Of a stretch of DNA of 64,000 bases, positions 49,468 to 60,556 are shown in pieces. Origin of the DNA: Candidatus Latescibacterota bacterium (GTDB taxonomy: Bacteria; Latescibacterota; UBA2968; UBA8231); contig CBDCDC010000001.1 in assembly GCA_965215195.1 (NCBI GenBank), positions 960,001-1,024,000 of the forward strand. The letters are read 5' to 3'. The position numbers were made by a program, and so were the translations under genes. Within the stretch, counting starts at the first letter, position 1, and the number at the start of each line of letters is the position of its first letter. The notes under the pieces were generated by a model. The model was not told the DNA's origin. It searched no databases and saw nothing but the letters and a program-made list of their open reading frames with translations.

Positions 49468-51393
49468 ATGAGGAGAGGCTTATGGCTTTGGGTGCTTTGG
49501 GTGGCGATAGGATGGAGTGGGCGTAGCGGTGCGCTGACCGTTTACCGCATCGGCGCAGCGGATTTGCCCGCGCCCGCGTTGGATGTACCCTATCAATTTG
49601 TTCAGCTCGAATGGGAGGCCATAGATGCCAAAGCGCACGGCAGCGCGATACAAATGGCGCTCGGCCCCAATGGGATCATGCCGCAGCAGCTAGACCCGAC
49701 AGTCAACTTGACGCCTCTTTTGGACGAACGCGGCGGCCGGATTGAGACTTTGCAGACGATAGTCGGTTTTGCTCGCTTTCCGGCCCGCGATGCGCCGATG
49801 TTCGATGGCGATCCGACGACGCACTTTCTCGGCGATGGCGACTGGGGCGGTGATTACGGCCGGGTCAAAAACAAGCTCCTGATCTTCGACTTGGGTGGCA
49901 ACTTCATCGTCGATCGCATCAAGTTTTACCCCCGCGAACGCTTTCTCGACACCCGCTTCATTGAGCGCTTTGTTATCGGCATCAGCGATGGCGACCCACT
50001 CAAGGAGAATACGCGCGAGTACGTCGTTGGTGGAGAGGGCGGCCAGTTCCGCGATTACGATGTGGTGTACAACATCACCGAAAACACGCAGTCGGTGATC
50101 GAGCTGAGCATCCCGGATGCGCCTATCCGCCAACTCATGTTTGAGGCACCGCCCAACACCCGTGGCGTTTGGGAGATCGCCGAGTTTGAACTCTACGGCA
50201 TCGGCTTCGCGCCCGAGAGCCAGTACACAACCAACGTCATCGACTTAGGCGGCATGGTGAGTTTGGGCGACCTAACGTGGTCGGGGGAAGCCGAGGGGAG
50301 GGCAAAGGTGGCGATAGCGATGCGCAGCGGCGATGACGACGATCCCAATACCTATTGGCGCCTGACCTTTCGCGGCGACGAGCGCAGTCGCTTCGGCACC
50401 AGCGGCACCGCCTTGACGCTCAGCACGTACAACAAATTGGAAAAGGGCGAGAAGGCTGGAATCACGCCCGATACCGAAAACTGGTCCGACTGGAGCCCAC
50501 CATACAACTTCGCCGCCGGAGAGGATGTGCTGCTGGCGGATAGACCGCGTCGCTACGTGCAGTTCAAGGCCGATTTCACTGCACAGAAAGAAGCTGGTGG
50601 GCGTCTGGATTTTTTGCAGTTCAGTGTCTCGAATCCGCCGGTGGCTAGCCAAGCCTTGGCCGAGATCGGGCCGGCGAGTGCCCGTGCCGGAGAGGTGACG
50701 TCTTTTACTTATGCGATTCTGCCTCAGTTGCGCGACGAGGATTTGGGATTTGATACTATTGAGATTGAGACCCCAGTTGAGGTTGCGAGTATTGATGCGC
50801 TACGGATCGATAGCCAAGAGGCCAGCTTTGTTGTTGTGCGCTCGGACGCACGAGGATTCGCGCTGCGGATCCCGCGCATGGATCCGCAACAGACGGGCGA
50901 ACTAATTGAAATTGACTTTGCGGTGGCAGTGTTCAAGTTCGGGACGGTGTTCACCGGGAGGATCTCCGACAGCGAGAAGCCCTTTGAGGTGCGGCAGGCA
51001 CTGACCGCCGGCAACGCCGATCCACTGGTAGAGAGCAACTCCCTGAGCGTAGGGCTGGTCAATGTGGAGGAGAAGACGGTCAATGACCTCAAACTGTCTT
51101 CGCCGGTGTTTACGCCCAACGGCGACGGAATCAATGACGCCCTCGAGATTGAATACGAACTGTTGAATCTCTTCGGCGCGGTCCCGGTGGCACTGGATCT
51201 ATACGATCTGTCGGGGCAGCGGGTAGGGATGGTGCATCGGGGAACGGCGGCGAGCGGCCGATTCGCACTGACGTGGGACGGAGTGCTAGCGAATGGTGCT
51301 GTGACAGCACCGGGGCTGTATTTACTGCGATTGGAAGTTGACAGCGACCAAGGTAGGGAAGCGCGTCAGCGCGTCATTGCCTTGGCCTATTGA
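49468..51393 (+). CDS. Array protein A1: secreted discoidin-like + Ig-like + FlgD-Ig
   Basis: Signal peptide, LTVYRIG, FDGDPTT, IFDLGG, WEIAEFELYG, FTPNGDGIND, ends ALAY. Confidence 0.85.
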   Translation: MRRGLWLWVLWVAIGWSGRSGALTVYRIGAADLPAPALDVPYQFVQLEWEAIDAKAHGSAIQMALGPNGIMPQQLDPTVNLTPLLDERGGRIETLQTIVGFARFPARDAPMFDGDPTTHFLGDGDWGGDYGRVKNKLLIFDLGGNFIVDRIKFYPRERFLDTRFIERFVIGISDGDPLKENTREYVVGGEGGQFRDYDVVYNITENTQSVIELSIPDAPIRQLMFEAPPNTRGVWEIAEFELYGIGFAPESQYTTNVIDLGGMVSLGDLTWSGEAEGRAKVAIAMRSGDDDDPNTYWRLTFRGDERSRFGTSGTALTLSTYNKLEKGEKAGITPDTENWSDWSPPYNFAAGEDVLLADRPRRYVQFKADFTAQKEAGGRLDFLQFSVSNPPVASQALAEIGPASARAGEVTSFTYAILPQLRDEDLGFDTIEIETPVEVASIDALRIDSQEASFVVVRSDARGFALRIPRMDPQQTGELIEIDFAVAVFKFGTVFTGRISDSEKPFEVRQALTAGNADPLVESNSLSVGLVNVEEKTVNDLKLSSPVFTPNGDGINDALEIEYELLNLFGAVPVALDLYDLSGQRVGMVHRGTAASGRFALTWDGVLANGAVTAPGLYLLRLEVDSDQGREARQRVIALAY

Positions 51394-51395
51394 GG

Positions 51396-53330
51396 ATGAG
51401 CCAGATGGGGTACATAATTGCATTGTGGACGTTGGGGTCGCTAGTGGTCGGCGCAGGCGATCTTGATGCTCTAACGATCTACCGGATCGGGGGTGCCGAC
51501 CTGCCCGCGCCGGAGCTAGCGTCGGTTGAAGGGGTGGAATTCGTGCAGATTGATTGGGCCGCTATCGACGAGGATTTGCACGGTAGTATCAACTTGCTAG
51601 AAGTGTCCGTTGGCCACATCGCGCCGCGTCAGCTTGACCCCACGGTCAATCTGACGCCGCTTTTGCCGCAGGCTGATTTTCTCGGCGATATACTCTATCT
51701 GACTTGGATCGGCTGGGGAGGGTTTAACGACGACGACGAGTTTATCTGGGACGAGGATCCCAATACGGCCTATCTGGGAGATGGTCATTTCGCCTCGCAT
51801 GGGCCGAATACCAAAAACCTGATCTTCGATTTTGGCGGGCTGTTTTTTATCGACCGGGTCAAGTTCTACCCGCGGCCCAGCCATCTGACCGACCGCTTCG
51901 TCGAGCGCTTCGTTATCGGCACTAGCGATGGCGACCCGCTCAAGGATCCCGACCGGGAACTTCGGGCCGGGGCGAGAGGCGATTATGTGGCCTTCGATGT
52001 GATTTACAATGTCCGCGACAATACGCAGCCAGTCATTGAGTTGAAGATGCCCGATGAGCCAATCCGCAAGTTACTCTTTCGGGCACCGGAGAATACGCGG
52101 GGAATTTGGGAATTGGCCGAGTTGGAACTCTATGGTTCGGGTTTTGCGCCCTTCTCCAATTATACCAGCAGCATTATCGACTTGGGCAAGCCGGTGGCTT
52201 TGGGCGATTTGAGCTGGTCGGGCGAAGCCGACACTGGTGCCCAGATCAGCTTAGTGATGCGTAGCGGCGATGTGCCAGACCCGAGCATCTATTGGCGCTT
52301 CACCTTCCGCGGCGACGAGCAGAGCCGCTTTGACGCCAAGGGCCAGCCGCTTACGGCCCGAGCCTACGACAAGCTCAATAAAGGCGAAAAGGCCGGGATT
52401 ACGCCTGATACCCAAAACTGGGAGCCGTGGAGTCAGGCCTACGCCTTTGCGGCTGGTTCAGGGGCGATGCAAGCCGACAAACCGCGTCGCTACGTACAGC
52501 TCAAGGCCGATTTTACCGCGCAGAAGGAGGCTGGCGGACGGCTGGATTTTTTGCAGTTTAGCGTCTCGGACCCGCCAGTGGCGACGCAAGTGTTGGCCGA
52601 AATTTCGCCACCGAGTGCCCGCGCCGGGGACGTCACCCAGTTCACCTATACGATTATGCCGCAATTCGAGCGCGAAGATTTGGGATTTGACACCATCGAG
52701 ATTGAGACGCCGGTCGAAGTAGCCAGCATTGATGGTGTGCGAATCGCCGGCCAGGAAGCCAGCTTTGAGGTCGTGTTCTTGGACGCCACCGGCTTTGTCC
52801 TCAAAATCCCACGGATGGACGTGCAGCAAACCAACGAACGGATTGAGGTGGACTTCGCCGTGGAGGTGTTCAAGTTTGGAACGGTATTCGCTGGCCGGAT
52901 CTCCGATAGCGAAAAGCCCTTTGAGGTTCGTCAGGCATTAACCCCGGGCGATGCCGATCCGCTGACCGATAGCAACACCCTGAGCGTGGGATTAGTCGAG
53001 GTGAGAGAGGAAGCAGTCAATGCGCTCAAGCTGTCTTCGCCGGTGTTTACGCCCAACGGCGATGGAATCAACGACGCCCTTGAGATCGAATACGAGTTGT
53101 TGAACCTTTTTGGTGCGGTGCCAGTGATGCTGGACCTATACGACTTATCAGGGCGGTGGATCGGGGTGGTGGATCGGGGCATGGCGGCGAGCGGACGGGT
53201 CTCGCTGCGTTGGGACGGGAGGTTAGCGGACGGATCAGTGGCTGCGCCGGGATTGTACCTGCTGCAGCTCGAAGTAGAAAGCGACCAAGGCAAGGAAGCA
53301 CGCCAGCGCGTCGTCGTTTTGGCCTACTGA
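51396..53330 (+). CDS. Array protein A2
   Basis: LTIYRIGG, IFDFGG, WELAELELYG, FTPNGDGIND, ends VLAY; start uncertain (51390/51396/51405). Confidence 0.85.
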   Translation: MSQMGYIIALWTLGSLVVGAGDLDALTIYRIGGADLPAPELASVEGVEFVQIDWAAIDEDLHGSINLLEVSVGHIAPRQLDPTVNLTPLLPQADFLGDILYLTWIGWGGFNDDDEFIWDEDPNTAYLGDGHFASHGPNTKNLIFDFGGLFFIDRVKFYPRPSHLTDRFVERFVIGTSDGDPLKDPDRELRAGARGDYVAFDVIYNVRDNTQPVIELKMPDEPIRKLLFRAPENTRGIWELAELELYGSGFAPFSNYTSSIIDLGKPVALGDLSWSGEADTGAQISLVMRSGDVPDPSIYWRFTFRGDEQSRFDAKGQPLTARAYDKLNKGEKAGITPDTQNWEPWSQAYAFAAGSGAMQADKPRRYVQLKADFTAQKEAGGRLDFLQFSVSDPPVATQVLAEISPPSARAGDVTQFTYTIMPQFEREDLGFDTIEIETPVEVASIDGVRIAGQEASFEVVFLDATGFVLKIPRMDVQQTNERIEVDFAVEVFKFGTVFAGRISDSEKPFEVRQALTPGDADPLTDSNTLSVGLVEVREEAVNALKLSSPVFTPNGDGINDALEIEYELLNLFGAVPVMLDLYDLSGRWIGVVDRGMAASGRVSLRWDGRLADGSVAAPGLYLLQLEVESDQGKEARQRVVVLAY

Positions 53331-53333
53331 AAG

Positions 53334-55934
53334 ATGGGTATGCATCGTATCAGCATCGTATTAGTGCTTGGTTGGGCAGCGGGCGTCTCGGCCCAAGCTG
53401 GGCATCAGGTGACGACGACTCAGGTAGTAGTCAACAGCCGCGCTCACTGGCAGAACTGGAGCTTTCCACCGGGAGTGCTGGAACTAGGTGCCGATGGCTC
53501 GGTGCGGCCTCAAAACGTCCGCCGCGACATCAATGCGGTGCAAGATATCGTTGAGCACTTGCGCTTACGTCCTCCGAAAAGAATCAAAAAAGACCCCGAA
53601 GACATCGTGCCACTTGACGCGGTACAGGGCGGGGGCACGGCAAATATTGTCGCGGTGCCCAAGATTTTTGATGGGGATTTGACGACCTACTGGGAACCGG
53701 CTGCGGCGAGCGAAGAGTCCGATATCGCTTCGCAGTGGTGGTTCGTCGTTGACTTGGGCCGGTTGGTGATCGCTAAGAAGATCGTGCTCAAATTCGTCGC
53801 TGAGGATATGGGGGACCCGTTCTTGCAGTTCGATGTGCTGGCCTCGCAGGGCAACAAGCCCAAGGGCAACCAGCGTTCTCCGCTACCGGAGTTTAGCCCG
53901 TTGTTGCGGACCTTGCGACCCAACAAGGACCAGCGCGTCTTCGAGATTGACATGGACCAGTTGGGAGATGATTTCGTCGGTACCGGCCTCCGATTCGTGC
54001 AGATCGTGGTAACTGACAGCGGTTTTGACCGCGGCCGGGAGCTGAGCCAAGCCGAGTACGAGGCCCTACCGGCAGGAGAGCAGGGGGCGATTGACTACTT
54101 TAAAAAGCTCACTGGAGGCCGCGAGACCTTGGTGGAACAGAGGGTTTTCGAGCGTCTCGACGCTGACCGCCAAGGCACGATCCGTTACTACCGCAAGGAG
54201 CGTCCGCGGCTGGCGGAGCTGGAGATTCTAACCGAAGGCGACGAGATCCTTTCCGGGATGCTGGAACGCGGCGGTTTCGGTACGGCGACGCAGACAGCCT
54301 CAATTAGCAACATGATTGACGGCGAGATCGAAAGTAGGGTCCAATTTATCACCCGCTTCGGCCGGGGATCGCTCAACTCCCCGGAGGGCGGGGTTTTGTT
54401 CGATTTAGGGGCCTTTTACTGGATCGATGCTTTCCGCATCGCCTACGCCGGCGGGGCCTTTCAAGCCTACCATCTGGATTTTTCCGATGGCAGCCTCGAA
54501 GCAGACGGCAGCCTCAAATGGTCGGTCGCGGTCAATCGCACGGAGACCAGCCACTACGGCAGCAGTCAGGGGCTAGGTTTCGGCCTCTATGAGGGCAACG
54601 ACTTTGAGCGGATTAAAGCGCGATTCTTCCACCTCGTCTGGAAGCAGTTCGAGTCGGGCAGCGGCTTTGGCGGCGGCTCCGGCCAGCCGGCCGAGATTCA
54701 ACTCTACGGGCGGGGTTTTCAGCCAGAAGTGACCCTGACGTCCGACTTGGTGCGCTTGGGCGGTAGTCGCAACCTGTCCTCCATTGAGTGGGACGCCGAT
54801 ACTCCGCCGGGGACCAGTGTAATTTTGCAGACCCGCACCGGCAACGAGCTCGACGAAGTGCTGCGCTACTTCAAAAAGGACGGCACCGAAGTTACCGAGG
54901 CTGAGTACAACAAGCTGCTATCGATTTTTCGCGGCGATACCATCGGCGAAGAAGTCGCCGGTGGGGACTGGAGCGGCTGGAGCCAGCCCTACGAAGACGC
55001 CAGCACCAGCCCGATTACCTCACCCAGCCCGCGCGAATTTCTCGAGATCCGTGCGGGCCTGCTATCGGACGATCCAGAGGTTAGTGCAACGCTGCGCTCA
55101 ATCCGGCTCAACTTCACCAATCCGGTCGCGCAAAGGCTTGTCGGCGAAGTCGCCCCTTTCGAGGTCGGGAGCCTCGGCAAGGAGCAGCGTTTTTCCTTTT
55201 ACGTGCGCCCGGACTTCGCTCGTAGCGATCCCGGTTTCGACCAGTTGCTTTTGATCGCTCCCGCCGACATGAATCTGCGCTTCGAGGGATTTTATGGTGG
55301 CACAGAGACCGAAATGGCGGCCGGGGAGACGACCGGGACGGCCCTCGGTGCTGATGTCGTGCCTACTTCAGGCGACAGCTTGCAGATAGCGTTCTCTCCA
55401 CTGAGGCCTGATTCGGAGGTCGAGGTGGTGCGGTTGGACTTTTCGACAGCCTTGTTTTCGACCGGGGCGGTGGTGCAGGCGTCGTTGCAGCACAGCGGGT
55501 TGGAGGCCGGTGGTTGGCAGCGGGTGGATCCGGGCGAGGCGGTTGCGGCGGTTATCAGCAATACGACGACCTTGGTGGGAAAAGTCAAGTATGGGCCTTT
55601 AGTGCAAGCGGTGTCGGTGGTACCAGTGGCGTTTTCGCCCAATGGCGACGGAATCAATGACGAGGTATCGTTCCGCTTTGCGGTGGTCAAGGTGAGTGAT
55701 GACAGTCCGGTGGAGGTACTCATCTACGATCTACAAGGGCGGTTGGTGCGGCGACTGGCCGAGCAGCGGGGGTTGAGCACGGGGTCGTATGGGATCGCTT
55801 GGGACGGGCGCGACGGACAGGGCGAGGTAGCTCCACCAGGGATCTATCTAGCACGGTTGCGCGTGGACACCGATACCGAGGGATCCCAGATGGGCAATGC
55901 CGAAATTTTTCGCACCGTCGCCGTTACCTACTAG
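53334..55934 (+). CDS. Array protein B1: two discoidin-like domains + Ig-like + FlgD-Ig
   Basis: QVVVNSRAHWQNW, FDGDLTTYWEP, WWFVVDLGR, PRLAELE, FDLGAFYWID, PAEIQLYG, FSPNGDGIND, ends AVTY. Confidence 0.85.
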   Translation: MGMHRISIVLVLGWAAGVSAQAGHQVTTTQVVVNSRAHWQNWSFPPGVLELGADGSVRPQNVRRDINAVQDIVEHLRLRPPKRIKKDPEDIVPLDAVQGGGTANIVAVPKIFDGDLTTYWEPAAASEESDIASQWWFVVDLGRLVIAKKIVLKFVAEDMGDPFLQFDVLASQGNKPKGNQRSPLPEFSPLLRTLRPNKDQRVFEIDMDQLGDDFVGTGLRFVQIVVTDSGFDRGRELSQAEYEALPAGEQGAIDYFKKLTGGRETLVEQRVFERLDADRQGTIRYYRKERPRLAELEILTEGDEILSGMLERGGFGTATQTASISNMIDGEIESRVQFITRFGRGSLNSPEGGVLFDLGAFYWIDAFRIAYAGGAFQAYHLDFSDGSLEADGSLKWSVAVNRTETSHYGSSQGLGFGLYEGNDFERIKARFFHLVWKQFESGSGFGGGSGQPAEIQLYGRGFQPEVTLTSDLVRLGGSRNLSSIEWDADTPPGTSVILQTRTGNELDEVLRYFKKDGTEVTEAEYNKLLSIFRGDTIGEEVAGGDWSGWSQPYEDASTSPITSPSPREFLEIRAGLLSDDPEVSATLRSIRLNFTNPVAQRLVGEVAPFEVGSLGKEQRFSFYVRPDFARSDPGFDQLLLIAPADMNLRFEGFYGGTETEMAAGETTGTALGADVVPTSGDSLQIAFSPLRPDSEVEVVRLDFSTALFSTGAVVQASLQHSGLEAGGWQRVDPGEAVAAVISNTTTLVGKVKYGPLVQAVSVVPVAFSPNGDGINDEVSFRFAVVKVSDDSPVEVLIYDLQGRLVRRLAEQRGLSTGSYGIAWDGRDGQGEVAPPGIYLARLRVDTDTEGSQMGNAEIFRTVAVTY

Positions 55935-55944
55935 AGGAAACATA

Positions 55945-58557
55945 ATGATGAATCGATCTTTGGCCCTGGCCGTGCTGATCGCTGGCACTGCGTTAGCCCA
56001 ATCGGGATACCAGATAACCGCGAATCAAGTGGTGGTTGACAGTCGCGCTCACTGGCAAAACTGGAATTTTCCGCCAGGGGTGCTGGAACTGGGAAGTACC
56101 GGGACGGTGCAACCCCGGAGTCTGCGGCGCGATATTAACGCTGTCGGCGACATTGTCGCCAACTTGCGTGCGCGTCCACCTGAGGGTCTAAAGAAAACGC
56201 CAGAAGCCATCGTCCTCGCCGACGCCATACTAGGTGGTGCCCGCTCCAATGTCGCTGGCGTGGAAAACCTTTTCGACGGTGATATAACTACCTATTGGGA
56301 ACCTGACCCACCAACCGAGGCGCTGGATCTGAGCACTCAGTGGTGGTTTATCGTCGATTTGGGGCGCTTGGTGATGGCCAAGAAGATCGTGCTCAAGTTC
56401 GTCGCCGAAGAGTTGGGCGATCCCTTCTTACAATTCGACCTCTTGGCCTCGCAGGGCAATATTCCTAAAGGCAACCAGCGTTCACCCACCCCCGAGTTTA
56501 CCACCATCCTCCGCACGTTAAAACCCAACAAGGAACAGCGGGTTTTCGAACTGGTCACCAACTCAGAGCCAACCTTTGCCGGCACCGGGATGCGCTTCTT
56601 GCAGATCATAATTACCGGCAGTGACTTCGACCGCGGGCGGGAAGTGATCTTGGAACAATACGAGGCTCTGCCGACGAGCGACCAGGGGGCCATTGAGTTT
56701 TACAAAAAGCAGGCCGATGGCAGCGAGACCGTGGTGTCGCCGGAAATTTACGAGTTGCTAACAGCCGAGCAGCAAGGACCGATCCGCTACTTCCAGCGCG
56801 AGCGCCCGCGATTGGCCGAATTGGAAGTCTGGGCAGAGGGCGACGAGATTCTCACCGGAGCCTTGGCCCGCGGTGGGTTTGGCACTGCGACGCAAACCGC
56901 GGCGATCAACAACCTGATCGATGGCCAAATCGAGAGCAAGGTCCAGTTTCTCTATTCTTTCGGTCGCGGCTCGTTCAAGGATCCGGAAGGCATCGTCTTT
57001 TTTGACTTGGGGGCGTTTTACTGGATCGATGCTTTTCGCATGGCCTACGGTGGCTCAACGTTTCGGGATTACCGGCTCGATTTTTCCGACGGCAGCCTCG
57101 AAGCCGACGGCAGCCTTAAGTGGACTACGGCGGGGACGCGCCAGACCTCCTCCCCTACAGCGGTGGGGTCGAAGTGGGAAAGCGAGACTAATCTCAGATT
57201 CGGAGCCTACGAGGGTAACGATTTTGAGCGGATAAAAGCGCGCTTCTTTCGCTTGGTGTGGGAGCAGGTCGAAAGCGCCACGGCTCGCGGTGGGGCTACC
57301 GGCCAGCCGGCGGAGATCCAGCTTTACGGTCGGGGGTATCACCCGGAGGTGGTGCTGATCTCCAATTTGATCCGCTTGGGGGCCAGCCGCAATCTGCTGT
57401 CGATTGCTTGGGACGCTGATACGCCGCCGGGGACCAGCGTAGTTTTGCAGACCCGCACCGGCAACGAACTTGATGAGGTACTGCGCTACTTCAAAAAGGA
57501 CGGTACAGAAGTCACCGAGGCCGAGTACAACAAATTGTTGTCGATTTTTCGCGGTGACACTGTCGGCGAGGAGGTCGCCGGTGGGGACTGGAGTGACTGG
57601 AGTGCGCCCTACGAAGTGGCTGCGGGCAGTCCGATTAGTTCGCCATCGCCGCGGGCGTACTTGGAGGTGCGGGCGGTGTTGCGGTCGGACATGCCCGATT
57701 ACAGCGCGACGCTGCGATCGCTGCGATTGGATTTCACCAATCCGGTCGCGCAGGGGCTATTGGGCGAAGTGACCCCCTTTGCGGTGGAGCAGCTGGGGCA
57801 GCCGCAGCGATTTTCGCTCTACGTGCGCCCAGAGTTTGCCACTGGCGATCCGGGGTTTGATCAGTTGTTAGTAGTAGCCCCGTCGGATATGCGCTTGGCG
57901 TTTGAAGGGGTATATGGCGGTCCGGCGGCGGCACTGGCCACCGACGTAGGAGCCGATTGGGCCTTGGACGGAGCGGAAGTCGTCCCCACCGCCGGCGATA
58001 GTTTGCAAGTGGCGTTTTCGGAGATAGGCCCATCCTCGGAGGTGGAGGTGGTGCGGCTGGATTTTTCGACGGCCTTGTTTTCGACCGGAGCAGTATTGCA
58101 GGCATCGTTGCAGCACAGTGTTGAGGGAGAGGGGGGCTGGCAGCGGGTGGATCCGGGCGAGGCAGTAGAAGCCATTGCCAGCAACACGACGACGCTGGTG
58201 GGGGCGGTGCAGGAGGGTGCCTTGGTGCAGGCGGTGAAAGTAGAGCCGCGAGTGGTTACGCCCAATGGCGACGGGGTCAACGACGAGGTGGGGTTTCGCT
58301 TCCAGGTGGTCAAGGTGGACGGAGCCAGTCCGGTGGAGGTGTTGATCTACGATGTGCGGGGGCGGCGAATGCGGCGCTTAGTCGAGCATCGTCCGGCGAG
58401 CACGGGGATCTACGAGATGGAGTGGGACGGTCGGGATAAGCAGGGGACGGTGGTGGTACCGGGAGTCTATCTGGTACGGGTGCGAGTCGATACCGATATC
58501 GAGGGGGCCCACATTGCACACGCCGAAATCCTACGTACTATCGCCGTTGCCTACTAG
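55945..58557 (+). CDS. Array protein B2
   Basis: Same motifs as B1; VTPNGDGVND; ends AVAY; start refined to ATG 55945 after AGAGGA. Confidence 0.85.
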   Translation: MMNRSLALAVLIAGTALAQSGYQITANQVVVDSRAHWQNWNFPPGVLELGSTGTVQPRSLRRDINAVGDIVANLRARPPEGLKKTPEAIVLADAILGGARSNVAGVENLFDGDITTYWEPDPPTEALDLSTQWWFIVDLGRLVMAKKIVLKFVAEELGDPFLQFDLLASQGNIPKGNQRSPTPEFTTILRTLKPNKEQRVFELVTNSEPTFAGTGMRFLQIIITGSDFDRGREVILEQYEALPTSDQGAIEFYKKQADGSETVVSPEIYELLTAEQQGPIRYFQRERPRLAELEVWAEGDEILTGALARGGFGTATQTAAINNLIDGQIESKVQFLYSFGRGSFKDPEGIVFFDLGAFYWIDAFRMAYGGSTFRDYRLDFSDGSLEADGSLKWTTAGTRQTSSPTAVGSKWESETNLRFGAYEGNDFERIKARFFRLVWEQVESATARGGATGQPAEIQLYGRGYHPEVVLISNLIRLGASRNLLSIAWDADTPPGTSVVLQTRTGNELDEVLRYFKKDGTEVTEAEYNKLLSIFRGDTVGEEVAGGDWSDWSAPYEVAAGSPISSPSPRAYLEVRAVLRSDMPDYSATLRSLRLDFTNPVAQGLLGEVTPFAVEQLGQPQRFSLYVRPEFATGDPGFDQLLVVAPSDMRLAFEGVYGGPAAALATDVGADWALDGAEVVPTAGDSLQVAFSEIGPSSEVEVVRLDFSTALFSTGAVLQASLQHSVEGEGGWQRVDPGEAVEAIASNTTTLVGAVQEGALVQAVKVEPRVVTPNGDGVNDEVGFRFQVVKVDGASPVEVLIYDVRGRRMRRLVEHRPASTGIYEMEWDGRDKQGTVVVPGVYLVRVRVDTDIEGAHIAHAEILRTIAVAY

Positions 58558-58584
58558 CTCTTTTTCTCCAGCGGAGGGAGTACT

Positions 58585-60546
58585 ATGCGAGTGTCGCTGG
58601 TTCTACTGGCCCTCGGTTTCCTCTGGAGCCAAGCGCCGGCACTGACGATTTATCGGATTGGTGGCCAGAGCCTGCCTCCGCCCGAGCTAGACGCCCCCTA
58701 CGAATTCGTGTCGTTGTCTTGGGCCGATGCCGACGAGGCTCGCGATGGCCGGATCGAGTTAGTCGAGGTAGGGGCCGACTTCATTCGCCCGCAGCGTCTA
58801 GATCCCGCTGTCAACATCGCGCCGCAGATCTACGAATTGGACGGTGGCAAAGTCTTCGTCATGCACTCGCACACCGGCTGGACCGAGAACTTAGAGGAAG
58901 ACGACGTCTTCATCTTCGATGGCGACCCCGAAACCGTCTATTTGGGCGATGGCCACTGGCCTTGGGGGTCCATTTTCTTTGGCGGACGCTCCCTCGATGA
59001 GAGCTGGGGCAAGGGACGATGGATCTACACCAAGGTCTGGATCTTCGACCTCGGCGGCCTATTCACCCTCCAGCGCATCCGCTTTTTCCCTCGCGAAAAA
59101 TTCGCCAACGAGCGTTTCGTCCAGCGATTTAGAGTCGGCACCAGCGATGGCGACCCCCTCAAGGATGGCACCCGCGAGCACACGATCATGCACCGGGGCT
59201 TTTTTTTCGACTTCGACATTGCCTATGACGTCAAGGAAAATTCGAGCGGGGTGGTAGAACTGGCGATGCCCTCCGAGCCGGTCCAGCGCCTGCTGTTTGA
59301 CGCCCCGGAAAATTCGAGTGGGATTTGGGAACTAGCCGAGTTTGAAATATACGGCTTCGGCTTCACCACCGAGGCCACCTACCGCTCGAGCGTCATCGAC
59401 CTCGGCGAAGCGGTCGCACTGGGTGCCGTTACCTGGTCGGGGAGGCAGGATCCAGAGGCCGCCATCGAGCTGCGGACGCGCAGCGGCGACAGCGCCGACC
59501 CGAACAACTACTGGCGCTTCACGTTCAGGGGCGACGAGAAGTCTCTCTTCGACCAACAAGGGAGGCCGCTCACCCGGCAAAGCTATGCCAAACTCAACAG
59601 GGGAGAGAAGGCGGGGATTACCTATGATACCCGCAACTGGGACTCGTGGAGTCCCGCCTATGACTTCAGCACCGGGGCGGGAGATATACAGGTGGACAAA
59701 CCGCGGCGCTACGTGCAGTTTAGTGCCGACTTCCACTCAACCCGCGACCAAGGTAGTCAGCTTGACTACGTGCAGTTTGCCGTGTCGGACCCGCCTATTG
59801 CAACCCAAGTCCTAGCGGAAATCACGCCGAATGCGGTACAGGCGGGCGAGCCGGCGGCGTTTACCTATGCGTTGACCCCGGTGTTTAATCTCCGGGATTT
59901 GGGCTTCGATTCGATTGAAATCGATACCCCGAGCCTGCCCGATGGGGTGGACGCGGTGCGGATCAGCGGCGAGGAGGTGGGGTTTGAGATCCGGCGGCTG
60001 GACGAGCGAGGCTTTGAATTGGGGATTCCCCGGATTGACGCGACGCGGACCGGCGAGCGGATCGAGGTCGATTTCCGCGCCGAGATATTCCAGTTCGGGA
60101 CGCTTTTTGCCGGGCGGGTCTTCGATAGCGAGAAACCGCACGAAGTGAGGCAGGCGCTGACGGCCGGCGATGCGAATCCCCTACTAGATGGCAACCGCTT
60201 AAGCGTGGACATTCTGGATTTGGAACAAAAGAGCATCAAGAGGCTGCGCGTACAGGCCAGCGTCTTCACTCCCAACGGCGACGGGGTTAACGATGTGGTC
60301 GCGATTGAGTGCGACTTGCTGAACGTAGAGGCCGCGCCCGTGGTAATCCACATATTTGATTTGGCGGGGCGCGAGATCGGCCGAATCGACAGCGGAGAGC
60401 AGGTCAGCGGGCGGTTTAGGGCGACGTGGGACGGGCGTGCTGCCGATGATCGACTCGCGTCGCCGGGGACGTATCTGTTGCGGCTCATTGTGGAGACGGA
60501 TGAGGGGGCCGATCGGGCGCAACGGGTCGTCGGCGTGGCCTATTAA
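58585..60546 (+). CDS. Array protein A3
   Basis: GGAG RBS, LTIYRIGG, FDGDPET, IFDLGG, FTPNGDGVND, ends GVAY. Confidence 0.85.
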   Translation: MRVSLVLLALGFLWSQAPALTIYRIGGQSLPPPELDAPYEFVSLSWADADEARDGRIELVEVGADFIRPQRLDPAVNIAPQIYELDGGKVFVMHSHTGWTENLEEDDVFIFDGDPETVYLGDGHWPWGSIFFGGRSLDESWGKGRWIYTKVWIFDLGGLFTLQRIRFFPREKFANERFVQRFRVGTSDGDPLKDGTREHTIMHRGFFFDFDIAYDVKENSSGVVELAMPSEPVQRLLFDAPENSSGIWELAEFEIYGFGFTTEATYRSSVIDLGEAVALGAVTWSGRQDPEAAIELRTRSGDSADPNNYWRFTFRGDEKSLFDQQGRPLTRQSYAKLNRGEKAGITYDTRNWDSWSPAYDFSTGAGDIQVDKPRRYVQFSADFHSTRDQGSQLDYVQFAVSDPPIATQVLAEITPNAVQAGEPAAFTYALTPVFNLRDLGFDSIEIDTPSLPDGVDAVRISGEEVGFEIRRLDERGFELGIPRIDATRTGERIEVDFRAEIFQFGTLFAGRVFDSEKPHEVRQALTAGDANPLLDGNRLSVDILDLEQKSIKRLRVQASVFTPNGDGVNDVVAIECDLLNVEAAPVVIHIFDLAGREIGRIDSGEQVSGRFRATWDGRAADDRLASPGTYLLRLIVETDEGADRAQRVVGVAY

Positions 60547-60556
60547 GGAAGATGCG